64,000 bases of DNA from Candidatus Daviesbacteria bacterium. Its GTDB lineage: Bacteria > Patescibacteriota > Microgenomatia > Daviesbacterales > UBA10151. The stretch covers positions 15,441 through 79,440 of the forward strand of contig JACPEX010000019.1 in NCBI GenBank assembly GCA_016183265.1, read 5' to 3'. Of this stretch, positions 27,096 to 37,256 are shown piece after piece. Each line of letters begins with the position of its first letter. Within the stretch, counting starts at the first letter, position 1. The position numbers and the translations under genes were made by a program. The notes beneath the pieces are model-generated. The model ran no database searches, was not told where the DNA came from, and saw nothing but the letters and a program-made list of their open reading frames with translations.

Positions 27096-27964
27096 ACCTT
27101 AAAAGTAAAAGACCTCATTACGAATATCTAAAAAATAAATGGACGCTTCGCCATAGGGCTATCCAAAATAATTTTTGGGATAAACACGGAGAGTCTTTCA
27201 AGCATTTTGCCTTAGGGTCCTTGGGAGGAATTTTGTTGTTGTCTGCTCCTCATCAGGACCGGTTGCCTACCCCGAACTTAATAGTAAGCCGTGATGATGT
27301 GTTGAAAGGTTATGACCAGAATGTATTATTAGCTCAAAGCTTATCCGATAAAATACCAAAGCAGGTGCAGCCGTTAGATTCTTTAGGCGAAAAGGATATA
27401 GCTGATATTTTAACTCAAAACTTTGGTTTTAAAGTGACTGCAGAAGTAGATGGCATAAGGTTGAACAGAAATTATGGTCTAATCGGAGGGGAGCAGCATT
27501 TGTATCGTTATCCGGGTGATAATTTATATGCTCATGCAGATTCTGCAGTAGATTGGGCAAAGTATGGGGATGCAGGAATTGCTCCGGGTTTGGGGGCTTG
27601 GGGATATTTTTCGCCTTCCCAACAAGAGTTTAAGGGAGTTGATAAAGAGAGGGAGAGATATTATTTGGCAATCCAGACTTTTTTAGTGCCGGGCTATGCT
27701 GAAAATGCAGCAGAATACAGGGGGTTTTTTAAATTTAGAAAAATGCTGGTGGTAAATCCTCAAACAGGCCAGGCTGTGGTGGCAGTAATTGGCGATGTTG
27801 GTCCATCTGAGTGGACAGGGAAACACTTAGGCGGTTCGCCTGAGGTAATGGATGCTTTGGGATTGGCAGATGGCCCCAGAAAAGGACCGGTGTTATACTT
27901 TTTTATTGATGACCCGGAGAATAAAATTCCGTTAGGCCCAGTTAAAGTAAAGGATAGGGCATGA
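27092..27964 (+). CDS. RlpA-like double-psi beta-barrel (3D/DPBB) domain protein
   Basis: C-terminal VNPQTGQAVVAVIGDVGPSEW...GGSPEVMDALGL resembles the DPBB core (V.N..NG.SV.VR..DRGP...IDLS..A...LG). Inserted between secD and secF. Confidence 0.5.
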   Translation: MNLKSKRPHYEYLKNKWTLRHRAIQNNFWDKHGESFKHFALGSLGGILLLSAPHQDRLPTPNLIVSRDDVLKGYDQNVLLAQSLSDKIPKQVQPLDSLGEKDIADILTQNFGFKVTAEVDGIRLNRNYGLIGGEQHLYRYPGDNLYAHADSAVDWAKYGDAGIAPGLGAWGYFSPSQQEFKGVDKERERYYLAIQTFLVPGYAENAAEYRGFFKFRKMLVVNPQTGQAVVAVIGDVGPSEWTGKHLGGSPEVMDALGLADGPRKGPVLYFFIDDPENKIPLGPVKVKDRA

Positions 27965-28284
27965 AGCAATTTTATAGCCACTTAATTCAAATAGAGTCTG
28001 TAATTACTGAGCTTGATATGCTAGATTTAGATCCGGAGCAGAAAATTCACCTGACGACTTTGATGGATTCTTCTTTGCACCACACAATTTTAGATGCGGT
28101 TTTATCTGAACTACCCTTATCTGATAAGCGGGTTTTTTTAAATCATTTAAAAGAAGATAATCATGATAAAATTTGGCAGTTTTTGAATGAGAGAATTGAT
28201 AATATTGAAGGGAAGATTAAAAAAGCAGCTGATGATTTAAAGTTTAAACTACACAAGGATTTAAAGGTGGCAAGAAGCAAATGA
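27961..28284 (+). CDS. Hypothetical protein (107 aa)
   Basis: ORF translationally coupled between the DPBB gene and secF. Confidence 0.45.
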   Translation: MKQFYSHLIQIESVITELDMLDLDPEQKIHLTTLMDSSLHHTILDAVLSELPLSDKRVFLNHLKEDNHDKIWQFLNERIDNIEGKIKKAADDLKFKLHKDLKVARSK

Positions 28285-29168
28285 ATAATTTAATGAGGTT
28301 TAAAATTTGGTATTTTGTTTTTTCTTTATTAATTATTTTACCGGGATTATATTTTTTAATTACCTCAGGACTTAAATTAGGAATAGATTTTACCGGAGGT
28401 GCTTTACTTGAATACAAATTTGAAAAAACTGTGGATCCAGTGGATTTAAGAAAACAGGTTTCCTCACAAGAAATTGAAGTTGGTCAGATTATACCTTCTT
28501 CGGATAATGTTTATATCATCAGGACAAAGCCGGTAGAGCAGGAGAAAATAAGTAAGCTGAAATCTTTTTTGGATGAGAAGTTTGGTAAAGTTGACGAAAG
28601 AAGAGTGGAGTTTGTGGGACCGGTTATTGGTTCGGAGCTCCGGCAAAAAGCGCTGATTGGAGTGACTCTAGCATCCTTAGTCATTGTTTTATATATTGCT
28701 TTTTCTTTTAGAAAGGTACCTAAGCCGCAATCTTCCTGGAGGTTTGGCATTGCTGCAGTTGTGGCGCTTGCCCATGATATCTTGGTGGTAGTTGGTGTAT
28801 TTGCAATTTTGGGAAAATTTTTAAGCATTGAAGTAGATACTCTTTTTGTAACAGCCCTGCTAACAGTAATTGGGTTTTCGGTGCATGACACTATTGTGGT
28901 TTTTGATAGGATCAGGGAGAACTTAACAAAGCACATTGGCAAAAAATTTATCGATGTTGCAAATTTATCTGTAATCCAAACTTTAGGACGTTCTTTAAAT
29001 ACCTCTTTGACAGTAGTATTTGTGCTTTTGGCAATGCTGTTATTTGGCGGAGAAACAATCAGGTGGTTTGCGGTGGCGCTTTTGGTAGGTATTATCTCCG
29101 GGACTTATTCTTCAATCTTCAACGCCACAGCATTACTTGTCTGGTGGGAAGAACGCCTAGGCCACTAA
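28281..29168 (+). CDS. secF: Protein translocase subunit SecF
   Basis: GIDFTGGALLEY and a 6-TM SecF profile. Confidence 0.92.
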   Translation: MNNLMRFKIWYFVFSLLIILPGLYFLITSGLKLGIDFTGGALLEYKFEKTVDPVDLRKQVSSQEIEVGQIIPSSDNVYIIRTKPVEQEKISKLKSFLDEKFGKVDERRVEFVGPVIGSELRQKALIGVTLASLVIVLYIAFSFRKVPKPQSSWRFGIAAVVALAHDILVVVGVFAILGKFLSIEVDTLFVTALLTVIGFSVHDTIVVFDRIRENLTKHIGKKFIDVANLSVIQTLGRSLNTSLTVVFVLLAMLLFGGETIRWFAVALLVGIISGTYSSIFNATALLVWWEERLGH

Positions 29169-30488
29169 TTGTTTGATTCTTTCAAGTAAATATTCCCGGT
29201 TATTTTTGGAGGCATCTTCCAAAACCTCTTCAAAAAGTTTTTGTAGGATTTCACCGACTTTTTTGCCGGGCGGAATATTTAAAGTCTCCATTACATCTTT
29301 TCCGTTTACCTTTAGATCAGAGATAGAAAATGGTTTTTTAAGTACTTCGTTGATTCTTTTTTGAAACTCTTCCATCCGCCAGGAAACCGCTTTTTGGGTA
29401 CCGCCGCCTAACCTGTCTCCAATCCGTAAGGCCATCATATCATCAACGTTTTCTACCCCGACATTTTTAATAAATCTTCTGATAGCAGAATCAGTTTGAC
29501 GCTCATCAACCGTAAATAAATGCCATCTAACTAATCGGTATAGTTTATCAGTTTGTTTTTTTGATAAATTGAATCTTCTGGCAATTTTTAGAACCAGTTT
29601 TCCGCCGACCAGGTCATGATTATAAAAAGTGACATTCCCGGTTGCATCGGTTCTGACAGTCTCAACTTTGCCGGTGTCATGTAAAAGTGAGGCCAGTTTT
29701 ACTAATGAATCTTGGGACGGCGTTTCTTTTAAAGCAAGTAAAGAGTGTTCACCGATATCATAAACCCTATCATGTTTAGGTCCCTCCTGGACAATACCAA
29801 AACATTGTTCCAGTTCAGGTAAGATGATCTGTAGAATTTTTGCCTCACGTAATTTTATTATCCCTGCATAAGAGTTTGCAGATGCCAGTATTTTAAGTAA
29901 CTCGTCCCTGATTCTTTCCCAGGCAATCTCTTTGATTAAGGGGGCATTTTTTAAAATTGCCTGAGAAGTATTTTTTTCAATCTCAAATTCTAATTCTGTT
30001 GCTATTCTGATAGCTCTCATTAAGCGCAGGGCATCCTCTTTAAATCTTTGATCCGGATTGCCAACTGCCCTGATAATTTTATTTTTAATATCATCCCGTC
30101 CGTGAAATGGATCAACAATAGTATTACCTAAAGCAATGGCGTTAATAGTAAAGTCCCGCCTTGCCAAGTCCTCCTCGATTTGATTGGTCCAGACTACATT
30201 ACCGGGGTGGCGGAAATCTGCATATTTTCCTTCCCTCCGCATAGTAGTGATTTCTAAAATTCCTAAATCGGAAGAGATACCTACTGTGCCAAATTTATTA
30301 TCGTAAAATCCTTTTGGTAATAATTTCAAAATCTCCTCAGGGGATGCATCGGTGGTAAAATCCCAATCAGAAACTTCCTTTTTCATTAATAAATCACGGA
30401 CCGCCCCTCCTACAATATAAATTTGGAAATCCGCTTCTTTAAATTTATCTAACATATTTTTTACTTCTTTAGGTAGTGTATAATCCAT
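29157..30488 (-). CDS. cca: CCA tRNA nucleotidyltransferase (class II, with HD domain)
   Basis: GGAVRDLL..D.D head motif, RDFTINA, and the HD domain (LLHDTGK). Confidence 0.88.
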   Translation of the reverse strand: MDYTLPKEVKNMLDKFKEADFQIYIVGGAVRDLLMKKEVSDWDFTTDASPEEILKLLPKGFYDNKFGTVGISSDLGILEITTMRREGKYADFRHPGNVVWTNQIEEDLARRDFTINAIALGNTIVDPFHGRDDIKNKIIRAVGNPDQRFKEDALRLMRAIRIATELEFEIEKNTSQAILKNAPLIKEIAWERIRDELLKILASANSYAGIIKLREAKILQIILPELEQCFGIVQEGPKHDRVYDIGEHSLLALKETPSQDSLVKLASLLHDTGKVETVRTDATGNVTFYNHDLVGGKLVLKIARRFNLSKKQTDKLYRLVRWHLFTVDERQTDSAIRRFIKNVGVENVDDMMALRIGDRLGGGTQKAVSWRMEEFQKRINEVLKKPFSISDLKVNGKDVMETLNIPPGKKVGEILQKLFEEVLEDASKNNREYLLERIKQLVA

Positions 30489-30505
30489 GATGTAATTCTA
30501 CCATT

Positions 30506-32083
30506 ATGAAATGGAAAGTGGCACCAAGAAAAACTGATGATTTAATTAAACAACTTCTGATTAATCGGGGTATAAAAAGTATCAAAGGGAAAGAACAATT
30601 TTTTCATCCAAAGATTTCTGATTTTACTTCCGATTTGCAAATTCCTAATATTGATAAAGCAAGTAGAAGAATCTTGCAGGCAATTGAAAAAGGCGAACAA
30701 ATTATAGTTTATGGGGATTATGATGTGGATGGAATTTGCGCTTCAGCAATTTTATATAAAGGACTAACTTCGATCGGAGCTAAAGTTTTGCCATATATTC
30801 CGCACCGGGAAAAAGAAGGATATGGATTATCAAAAGTCGGATTAGAATTTGCCAGGGATAGCGGTGCATCTTTGGTAATTACTGTTGATAACGGAATAGC
30901 AGCATTAGAACAAGCGAGGTTTGCCAAAGAATTAGGTTTAGATTTAATAATTACAGATCATCATATCCCGTCAAAAGAAAAACCGGAAGCTTTTGCAGTA
31001 GTTCATTCTACCAAAATGTGTGGAGCAGCAGTTGCCTGGTGTTTAATAAAAGACTTAATTAAAAAAGAATTGGCTGAAGACTTAAAACAGTTTGCGGCAG
31101 TAGCGACGGTTTGCGATTTAATGCCGCTTATTGGTTTGGGCAGGGCTTTTGTTTCTGAGGGATTAAAAGTTCTTAAAAAAACTACAAATCCCGGAATACT
31201 GGCCCTTATTGATAGTGCCGGTATTAATGCGCCTGACATCGGGTCATACGAAATAGGCTATATGATTGGCCCCCGGCTAAACGCCATGGGGCGATTAGAA
31301 CATGCTATAGATAGCTTGCGTTTACTTTGTACCAAAGATCCGGTTAAGGCAAAAAAATTAGCGCAGCTTTTATCTGATACGAATGTTGCCCGTCAGAATA
31401 TGACAATGGAAGCGCTGGATCAGGCAAAATTATTAGTTGATAAGGATAAAAAGATTCATGTTTTAGCAAGTGAGTATTGGTCGCCGGGGATTATCGGACT
31501 TGTGGCAGGCAGGATTTGTGATGAGTATTCTCACCCAACAATTGCCATATCAATAGGGGAGGAAGTTTCCAAGGGTTCGGCCCGTTCTATAGATGGAGTA
31601 AATATTATTGAAGTAATAAGAAAGCATATTGATATTTTAGTTGATGCCGGCGGGCATCCGGGAGCAGCCGGGTTTTCCATTTTAACTAAACATATAGAGG
31701 TTTTTAAAAAAAGATTAGAAAGTGATCTATCGGATCTTCCGGAAACTGAAAAAGTCCTGGAAGTCGAAGCAGAAATTGAAAGTCAAAAGCTAACCAAAAA
31801 TTTAGTTTTAAGTTTGCAAAAATTTGAACCATTTGGCATGGATAATAGAAGACCTGTTTTTGCTACAAAAGATATGACAATTTCTGATATCAGGACAGTG
31901 GGCAGCGGCAAGCACCTAAAATTTAAAGTCGATAACATTGATGCCATTGCTTTTGGGATGGGCAGTCTGGAAACTTCATTGCAAAAGGGGCAGTCAATGG
32001 CCTTAGCTTATACGCCGGAACTTGACACCTACAACGGCTCCGAAAAACTACAGCTTAAAGTTAAAGATATTAAAATAATTTAA
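30506..32083 (+). CDS. recJ: Single-stranded-DNA-specific exonuclease RecJ
   Basis: DHH motifs (GDYDVDG, ITDHH), DHHA1 (GGHPGAAGFS) and a C-terminal OB fold. Confidence 0.9.
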   Translation: MKWKVAPRKTDDLIKQLLINRGIKSIKGKEQFFHPKISDFTSDLQIPNIDKASRRILQAIEKGEQIIVYGDYDVDGICASAILYKGLTSIGAKVLPYIPHREKEGYGLSKVGLEFARDSGASLVITVDNGIAALEQARFAKELGLDLIITDHHIPSKEKPEAFAVVHSTKMCGAAVAWCLIKDLIKKELAEDLKQFAAVATVCDLMPLIGLGRAFVSEGLKVLKKTTNPGILALIDSAGINAPDIGSYEIGYMIGPRLNAMGRLEHAIDSLRLLCTKDPVKAKKLAQLLSDTNVARQNMTMEALDQAKLLVDKDKKIHVLASEYWSPGIIGLVAGRICDEYSHPTIAISIGEEVSKGSARSIDGVNIIEVIRKHIDILVDAGGHPGAAGFSILTKHIEVFKKRLESDLSDLPETEKVLEVEAEIESQKLTKNLVLSLQKFEPFGMDNRRPVFATKDMTISDIRTVGSGKHLKFKVDNIDAIAFGMGSLETSLQKGQSMALAYTPELDTYNGSEKLQLKVKDIKII

Positions 32084-32286
32084 CTCTTAAAAGTTATTGC
32101 GCCATTCATCTCGAACTTAGCTTGTCGATATCTATCTACAGCATCTGGTCCCCAGTTCTGTTTTATGATATCTGGATGAATACCTATACCGCTTTTAGCC
32201 AATTCTTCAGGGCTGTCTATAACCTTTATTTGTCCATGTGGTCTAAAAACCATTATTGGTTCTTTATCAATTCCCATTATATACAC
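32080..32286 (-). CDS. Hypothetical small protein (68 aa)
   Basis: ORF only. Followed by a second small minus-strand ORF (about 32300-32458, 52 aa, MVERIEIKK...). Confidence 0.35.
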   Translation of the reverse strand: MYIMGIDKEPIMVFRPHGQIKVIDSPEELAKSGIGIHPDIIKQNWGPDAVDRYRQAKFEMNGAITFKS

Positions 32287-32702
32287 CTCCTTTCAAAATT
32301 AATGTTGTCCACTTCCGTTCTTCTTAAAATTAATATTCTTTACTATTCCCGGATAGCGGTCATTATTATCAGGTATCAAAACAGGTAAATCTTTGCAGAA
32401 TTCTGCTAATTTCTCTTTTATTGTTGGTGATTTTTTAATTTCTATGCGTTCTACCATATTTAAAAAGCATTAAAAAACCTCCCGATTTGGGAGGCCTTAA
32501 TTCCTTTCAATTTTAGATAAATCTTATCTAAAAAGACCCCCCAGAAATGCCCCAATAAGGAGCACTATAAGGAGGACGGCTAAACTTTCAACTCTTTTTA
32601 AATCAATACTGATAACTTTTGACATAAACTTAGATTATATTATAATGCTTACAAGGCTGTTGTCAACAGGTGATTGAACTGAATAACTATTTCTTTTATA
32701 AA

Positions 32703-33788
32703 CTAAGCCGTTGTATATCTTTTGGGTCGTATCGCTCGAGCAGACTTTAATAATAGGATTTCAGTTTCTTTCCAACCAATACAGCCATCAGTGAATGAAA
32801 CTCCACGTGTAGGAGTTTTACCTGGAACAAAACTTTGTTGACCTTCGACTAAGTTGCTTTCAATCAGAAGTCCCATGATTCGTTGCTGTCCGGTTTTAAT
32901 TTGATCTAAAACATTTTCGGCGACTTCTGATTGTCGTCTATAATCTTTTGTTGAGTTCCCATGTGAACAATCGATCATTATAGGGCGGTTGGATTCAGTA
33001 AGTAAGCCTGCTCTTTTGATCAAATTGACTGCTTCATTAACAGATGCTGCATCGTAATTTGTACCTTTATTACTTCCTCTTAAAACTATATGGGTGTCAG
33101 GATTGCCCGTTGTTTTTACCTCTGCTACTCTTCCATCAGTATCGATACTATAGAATGTATGACCGCTAGCAGCTGTAATTATAGCATCGACGGCAACTTT
33201 GATATTTCCTTCCATGGAGTTTTTGAAACCAATTGGCATTGATAGTCCGCTCGCTAGCTGCCTGTGGGGTTGGCTTTCCGTTGTTCTGGCTCCGATAGCT
33301 GCCCAGGAAACCAAATCAGCATAATATTGGGGAGTAATAGGGTCTAAAAATTCTACGGTACAAGGAGAACCTAAGTTATTGATATCGGCTAATAATTGAC
33401 GTGTTACCAGTAAACCGCTCCCGGCATCAAAGGACATTCCATGTAGATGTGGGATATATGCTAATCCTGTCCATCCGATAGTTGTCCGGGGTTTCTCCGG
33501 ATAGGTCCGCATAGCAATTACTAATTCATCCTCCAGTCTAATTCTTAACTGACTTAATTTGGCAGCATATTCTAAGGCAGTTTCGGGATTGTCTATTGAG
33601 CAGGGTCCAATAATCATCACTAATCTTTTGGTGTCGCATCCGTGTAATATATCGCGGATTTCTTGCCGAGTTTTTGCAACGAGATCCTTATTCTCATTTG
33701 GAATATCCTCCTTTAGTTTAGAGGGTGATTTAATTAGCTCAATTGAGTTTATGTTTCTATCTTCAAGAGGACTTCTTAAGTATTCCAT
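32703..33788 (-). CDS. 3-deoxy-7-phosphoheptulonate (DAHP) synthase, class I (AroG/F/H type)
   Basis: IIGPCSID...KPRT..GWKG... class I-alpha DAHPS sequence. Length 361 aa. Confidence 0.88.
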   Translation of the reverse strand: MEYLRSPLEDRNINSIELIKSPSKLKEDIPNENKDLVAKTRQEIRDILHGCDTKRLVMIIGPCSIDNPETALEYAAKLSQLRIRLEDELVIAMRTYPEKPRTTIGWTGLAYIPHLHGMSFDAGSGLLVTRQLLADINNLGSPCTVEFLDPITPQYYADLVSWAAIGARTTESQPHRQLASGLSMPIGFKNSMEGNIKVAVDAIITAASGHTFYSIDTDGRVAEVKTTGNPDTHIVLRGSNKGTNYDAASVNEAVNLIKRAGLLTESNRPIMIDCSHGNSTKDYRRQSEVAENVLDQIKTGQQRIMGLLIESNLVEGQQSFVPGKTPTRGVSFTDGCIGWKETEILLLKSARAIRPKRYTTA

Positions 33789-33994
33789 ATTTTCTTCAAT
33801 AAAAAACCCCGCTGTGGCGGGGTTCAGATTGGTAAAAACCTTTATATCAGGTTATCCCAATATACCCCCCTCCTTTTGGAAGGTAAAGTAAAACCAAAAA
33901 TAATTTTTTTGTAAACTCATATAATTTAAGTACTTTAGCATTAAGTTTCTATCTTGTCAATATTTAAGCTTTACTGTTATGATGGGTTAAATTC

Positions 33995-35329
33995 ATGGAA
34001 CGCATATTAATACTAGATTGTAACAATAATGTTGGTATGGAAGTTAAAATTTGCGGTTTTGTTCATACCAGGCGCGACCATGGCAAAATTTTGTTTTTAG
34101 ATATAGCTGACAGGTCCGGCATGATCCAGGTTGTAGTTACAAAAGTAAAAGAAGAATTACATCCTCAGGATGTGGTTTGTATAACAGGAAGAGTTAATAA
34201 AAGACCCGAACACTTAATTAATAAAAATATCCTCACCGGGGAAATAGAAATTTTAGCAGACAATATTGAAGTTTTATCTAAAGCCGAAGAATTACCCTTT
34301 GATATGGGAGGCAAAGATCTGAATTTGCAATTACCCACATTGCTTGACTACCGTTCTTTGACTCTGCGCCATCCCAAGGTCAAAGCAATTTTTGAAATTC
34401 AAGCATGCCTTCTGGACGGATTTAGAAAAGCAGCTCAGGAATTAGGTTGCAGCGAGATTGTGGTGCCGACAATCGTAGCCGGAGCAACCGAAGGTGGGGC
34501 AGAAGTTTTTAAGGTAGATTATTTTGGACACAAAGCTTATATGTCCCAAAGCCCTCAACTTTACAAGCAAATGTTAGTGCCGGTTTTAGAAAGAGTTTTT
34601 ACTATTGCCAAAGCTTACCGGGCCGAACCTTCGGTAACAACCAGACACTTAACAGAAATAACCCAAATGGATATTGAAATTGGTTTTGCAGAATTTGCAG
34701 ACTTATTAGATTATTTGGAAGAAACAGCGGTGAAGATGTTAAAGGCAACTGAAGAAAGTTGCAAAGATATTTTTGATGAGTTTGACATTGAAAAAATTAA
34801 TTTTGGCTCGCCTCGCTCCGCGGGCGGAGCGGGAAAAATTCCCCGATTAACTTTAAGAGAAGCACAAGAATTAATACTTAAAGAATATGGTCGTGATAAC
34901 AGGAAAGAGAAGGATTTAACTCCGCAGGATGAAATTGATTTATGTGACTGGTCTTTGAAAAATCATAACAGTGATTTTGTGACAGTGACACATTTTCCGA
35001 CTTCAGCCAAACCATTTTATACTATGCCTGATCCTAAAGATCAGGAATATTCTTTAAGTTATGATTTGTTATTTCGGGGGGTAGAGGTAATGAGCGGCAG
35101 CCAGAGAATTAATGATTATAATCAACTTCTTGAAAGTATTAAAGATAGGAGAATGGATCCTAAAAATTTTGAAATGTATTTAATGGCTTTTAAATATGGC
35201 ATGCCGCCTGAGGGAGGATTTTCATTTGGTTTGGAAAGGGTCACGATGCATGTATTAGGACTTATCAATATTAGGGAAGCCAGCCTTTTCCCAAGAGACA
35301 TGGAAAGAGTGGATATTAGATTGAAATGA
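33995..35329 (+). CDS. aspS: Aspartyl-tRNA synthetase, archaeal/type-2 (short, class IIb, possibly non-discriminating)
   Basis: 444 aa with an N-terminal OB fold, class II motifs (YRAE, ...GGFSFGLERVTMHVLG..NIRE..LFPRD). Carries an in-frame GC-rich palindromic insert (see finding). Confidence 0.8.
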   Translation: MERILILDCNNNVGMEVKICGFVHTRRDHGKILFLDIADRSGMIQVVVTKVKEELHPQDVVCITGRVNKRPEHLINKNILTGEIEILADNIEVLSKAEELPFDMGGKDLNLQLPTLLDYRSLTLRHPKVKAIFEIQACLLDGFRKAAQELGCSEIVVPTIVAGATEGGAEVFKVDYFGHKAYMSQSPQLYKQMLVPVLERVFTIAKAYRAEPSVTTRHLTEITQMDIEIGFAEFADLLDYLEETAVKMLKATEESCKDIFDEFDIEKINFGSPRSAGGAGKIPRLTLREAQELILKEYGRDNRKEKDLTPQDEIDLCDWSLKNHNSDFVTVTHFPTSAKPFYTMPDPKDQEYSLSYDLLFRGVEVMSGSQRINDYNQLLESIKDRRMDPKNFEMYLMAFKYGMPPEGGFSFGLERVTMHVLGLINIREASLFPRDMERVDIRLK

Positions 35330-36249
35330 GGCCCTACTTTTATTCTGCAGGATTTATTTTGTTTGGTCTGTTAATTGCGACCGTAATTCCATTTTTGCTC
35401 GAGTTTACAGATGATTTTTTAATCAGTTTGCAAATTCCTCAAAATAATGCCCAAGTGGCCGGTATCCAAAAATACAATACTCCGCCTATTAGTAGGAATT
35501 TGCCTATGCCAACAATTGGAGCCCGGGCAGTTTTAATTAAAGATTTAGCAACTGGCACTATTCTCTTTGAAAAAGATAGTAATATTCCTGTTCCGATTGC
35601 TTCTATTACCAAAATTATGACAGCACTGGTGGCAAGTGAGTATTTTAAACAAAACTCAGTGCTTACTGTGGGTAACAGTGCTACTGTTGCCGGATCAAGG
35701 GTAGGATTGGCGCGCGGCGAGGATTTAACTTTTAGGTCGTTACTTTATGGGATGTTATTAAATTCCGGTAATGATGCGGCTTTTACTGTTGGAGAGAATT
35801 ATCCTGGAGGCGTGTTAGGTTTTGTATCAGCAATGAATAAAAAGGCTCTTTCGTTAGGACTAAAAAATACCCATTTTGATAACCCGGCCGGTTTTGACAG
35901 CGTAAAACATTATTCATCTGCAGCAGATTTGGCTGAAGTTACGGAAGAAGCATTAAAAAATCCGCAACTTTCAAAAATTTTTGCTACCAAAGAAACAAAT
36001 ATAGTTTCCTTGGATAAAAAATATACCCATCAGTTGTTAAATTTAAATAAACTTTTATCAGATGTTAAGGGAGTTTTGGGAGTTAAAACCGGTACTACTG
36101 AAGAAGCTAAACAAAATTTAGTGACTTTAGTTAAAAGAGACGAACATAGGGTTTTATTAGTTCTTTTGGGAAGTAATAATAGGTTTTCGGAAACTACGAA
36201 ACTTATTGACTGGACGTATTCAAACTTTGAGTGGCCCCAGATACAGTAA
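35326..36249 (+). CDS. D-alanyl-D-alanine carboxypeptidase (peptidase S11, PBP5-like)
   Basis: SITK (SxxK), SGN and KTG motifs. N-terminal TM. Confidence 0.85.
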   Translation: MRPYFYSAGFILFGLLIATVIPFLLEFTDDFLISLQIPQNNAQVAGIQKYNTPPISRNLPMPTIGARAVLIKDLATGTILFEKDSNIPVPIASITKIMTALVASEYFKQNSVLTVGNSATVAGSRVGLARGEDLTFRSLLYGMLLNSGNDAAFTVGENYPGGVLGFVSAMNKKALSLGLKNTHFDNPAGFDSVKHYSSAADLAEVTEEALKNPQLSKIFATKETNIVSLDKKYTHQLLNLNKLLSDVKGVLGVKTGTTEEAKQNLVTLVKRDEHRVLLVLLGSNNRFSETTKLIDWTYSNFEWPQIQ

Positions 36250-37243
36250 TTTCACTGATGGCACTGACATAGGCCACAAAATGAGCACCCTCAAAAATAA
36301 ATATTGGTTGTAAATATGGGCTGTAATCTGGTGGTAAATAGTATCCTAAAGAGATAGAACTAATTGAAACTTGCGGTTTTTCTGGTTCAACTACGATCAC
36401 GCCTTTGCCATTTTTCAAATCATCAAAAGCTGCCTCAGGAGTTTTAAGGGCATAGGTAGCAAAGGTTGAGGTGTCAATTGGGTAATAATTAACATTTAAG
36501 GTTACATAATTATCTAATGCATTAGATCTGCCAACAACTAGTGCATTTACCTCAGATTTATTAAAATCTGCAGTAACAATGGGCTTTTTATCTATTGAAT
36601 CCGGCCATAAGGAAATTCGGGCAACTGTTGCTTCTGAAATTTTGGAAAAATTGACTTTAGACCGGCCGTTTCGCAGGTTCTCTTTGAGCACTCCCAAATT
36701 TAAGAGTATTTGCTTAAAGTCAGAAACTAATTTATTATCCTCATCTATATTTGCTTGCGCCGAAATAGTGGCTTCATTAAGATAAGTAAAATTGCCATTA
36801 TCTAAATCAACTGTTAAAGTTTTATAGCTATCTTTAAATCTATACTTAGTCTCGCTTATGATTTCCGGGCTGGAGCTAATGCCAAATTTTCCGGCTAAAT
36901 TTTGAGATTTTTCCGGTGATAGGAAAGTGGCAAAAGTTTGAGTCACAAAATAAACTTTAATGATTTTTTCAAATCCCGGATCAACTCCTACTTTAGGTAA
37001 GCCTCCTGTGGTGGTATCCAAAGAATAAGTAAAATTTGAGCTTGAAACATTACTTTTTGGGAAATCAATTTGCGGCAGCGGCCCGAATTTAATGTCAGGT
37101 TTTTCTTCAACAGGAGGTAAGTTTTTAAGGTAATTTGCATACCAGATCCGGTAACCGGTAAAGCTTAATATTCCCAGTATCAGGGCAACTGCAGAAATTA
37201 TGATAGCCTGTTTTACCAAAATGGCAGTTTGGGTCAGTGTCAT
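36203..37243 (-). CDS. Hypothetical membrane-anchored extracytoplasmic protein (346 aa)
   Basis: N-terminal TM, then a soluble domain. No family recognised. Confidence 0.5.
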   Translation of the reverse strand: MTLTQTAILVKQAIIISAVALILGILSFTGYRIWYANYLKNLPPVEEKPDIKFGPLPQIDFPKSNVSSSNFTYSLDTTTGGLPKVGVDPGFEKIIKVYFVTQTFATFLSPEKSQNLAGKFGISSSPEIISETKYRFKDSYKTLTVDLDNGNFTYLNEATISAQANIDEDNKLVSDFKQILLNLGVLKENLRNGRSKVNFSKISEATVARISLWPDSIDKKPIVTADFNKSEVNALVVGRSNALDNYVTLNVNYYPIDTSTFATYALKTPEAAFDDLKNGKGVIVVEPEKPQVSISSISLGYYLPPDYSPYLQPIFIFEGAHFVAYVSAISEITVSGATQSLNTSSQ

Positions 37244-37256
37244 ATTAGTTCCTTAA

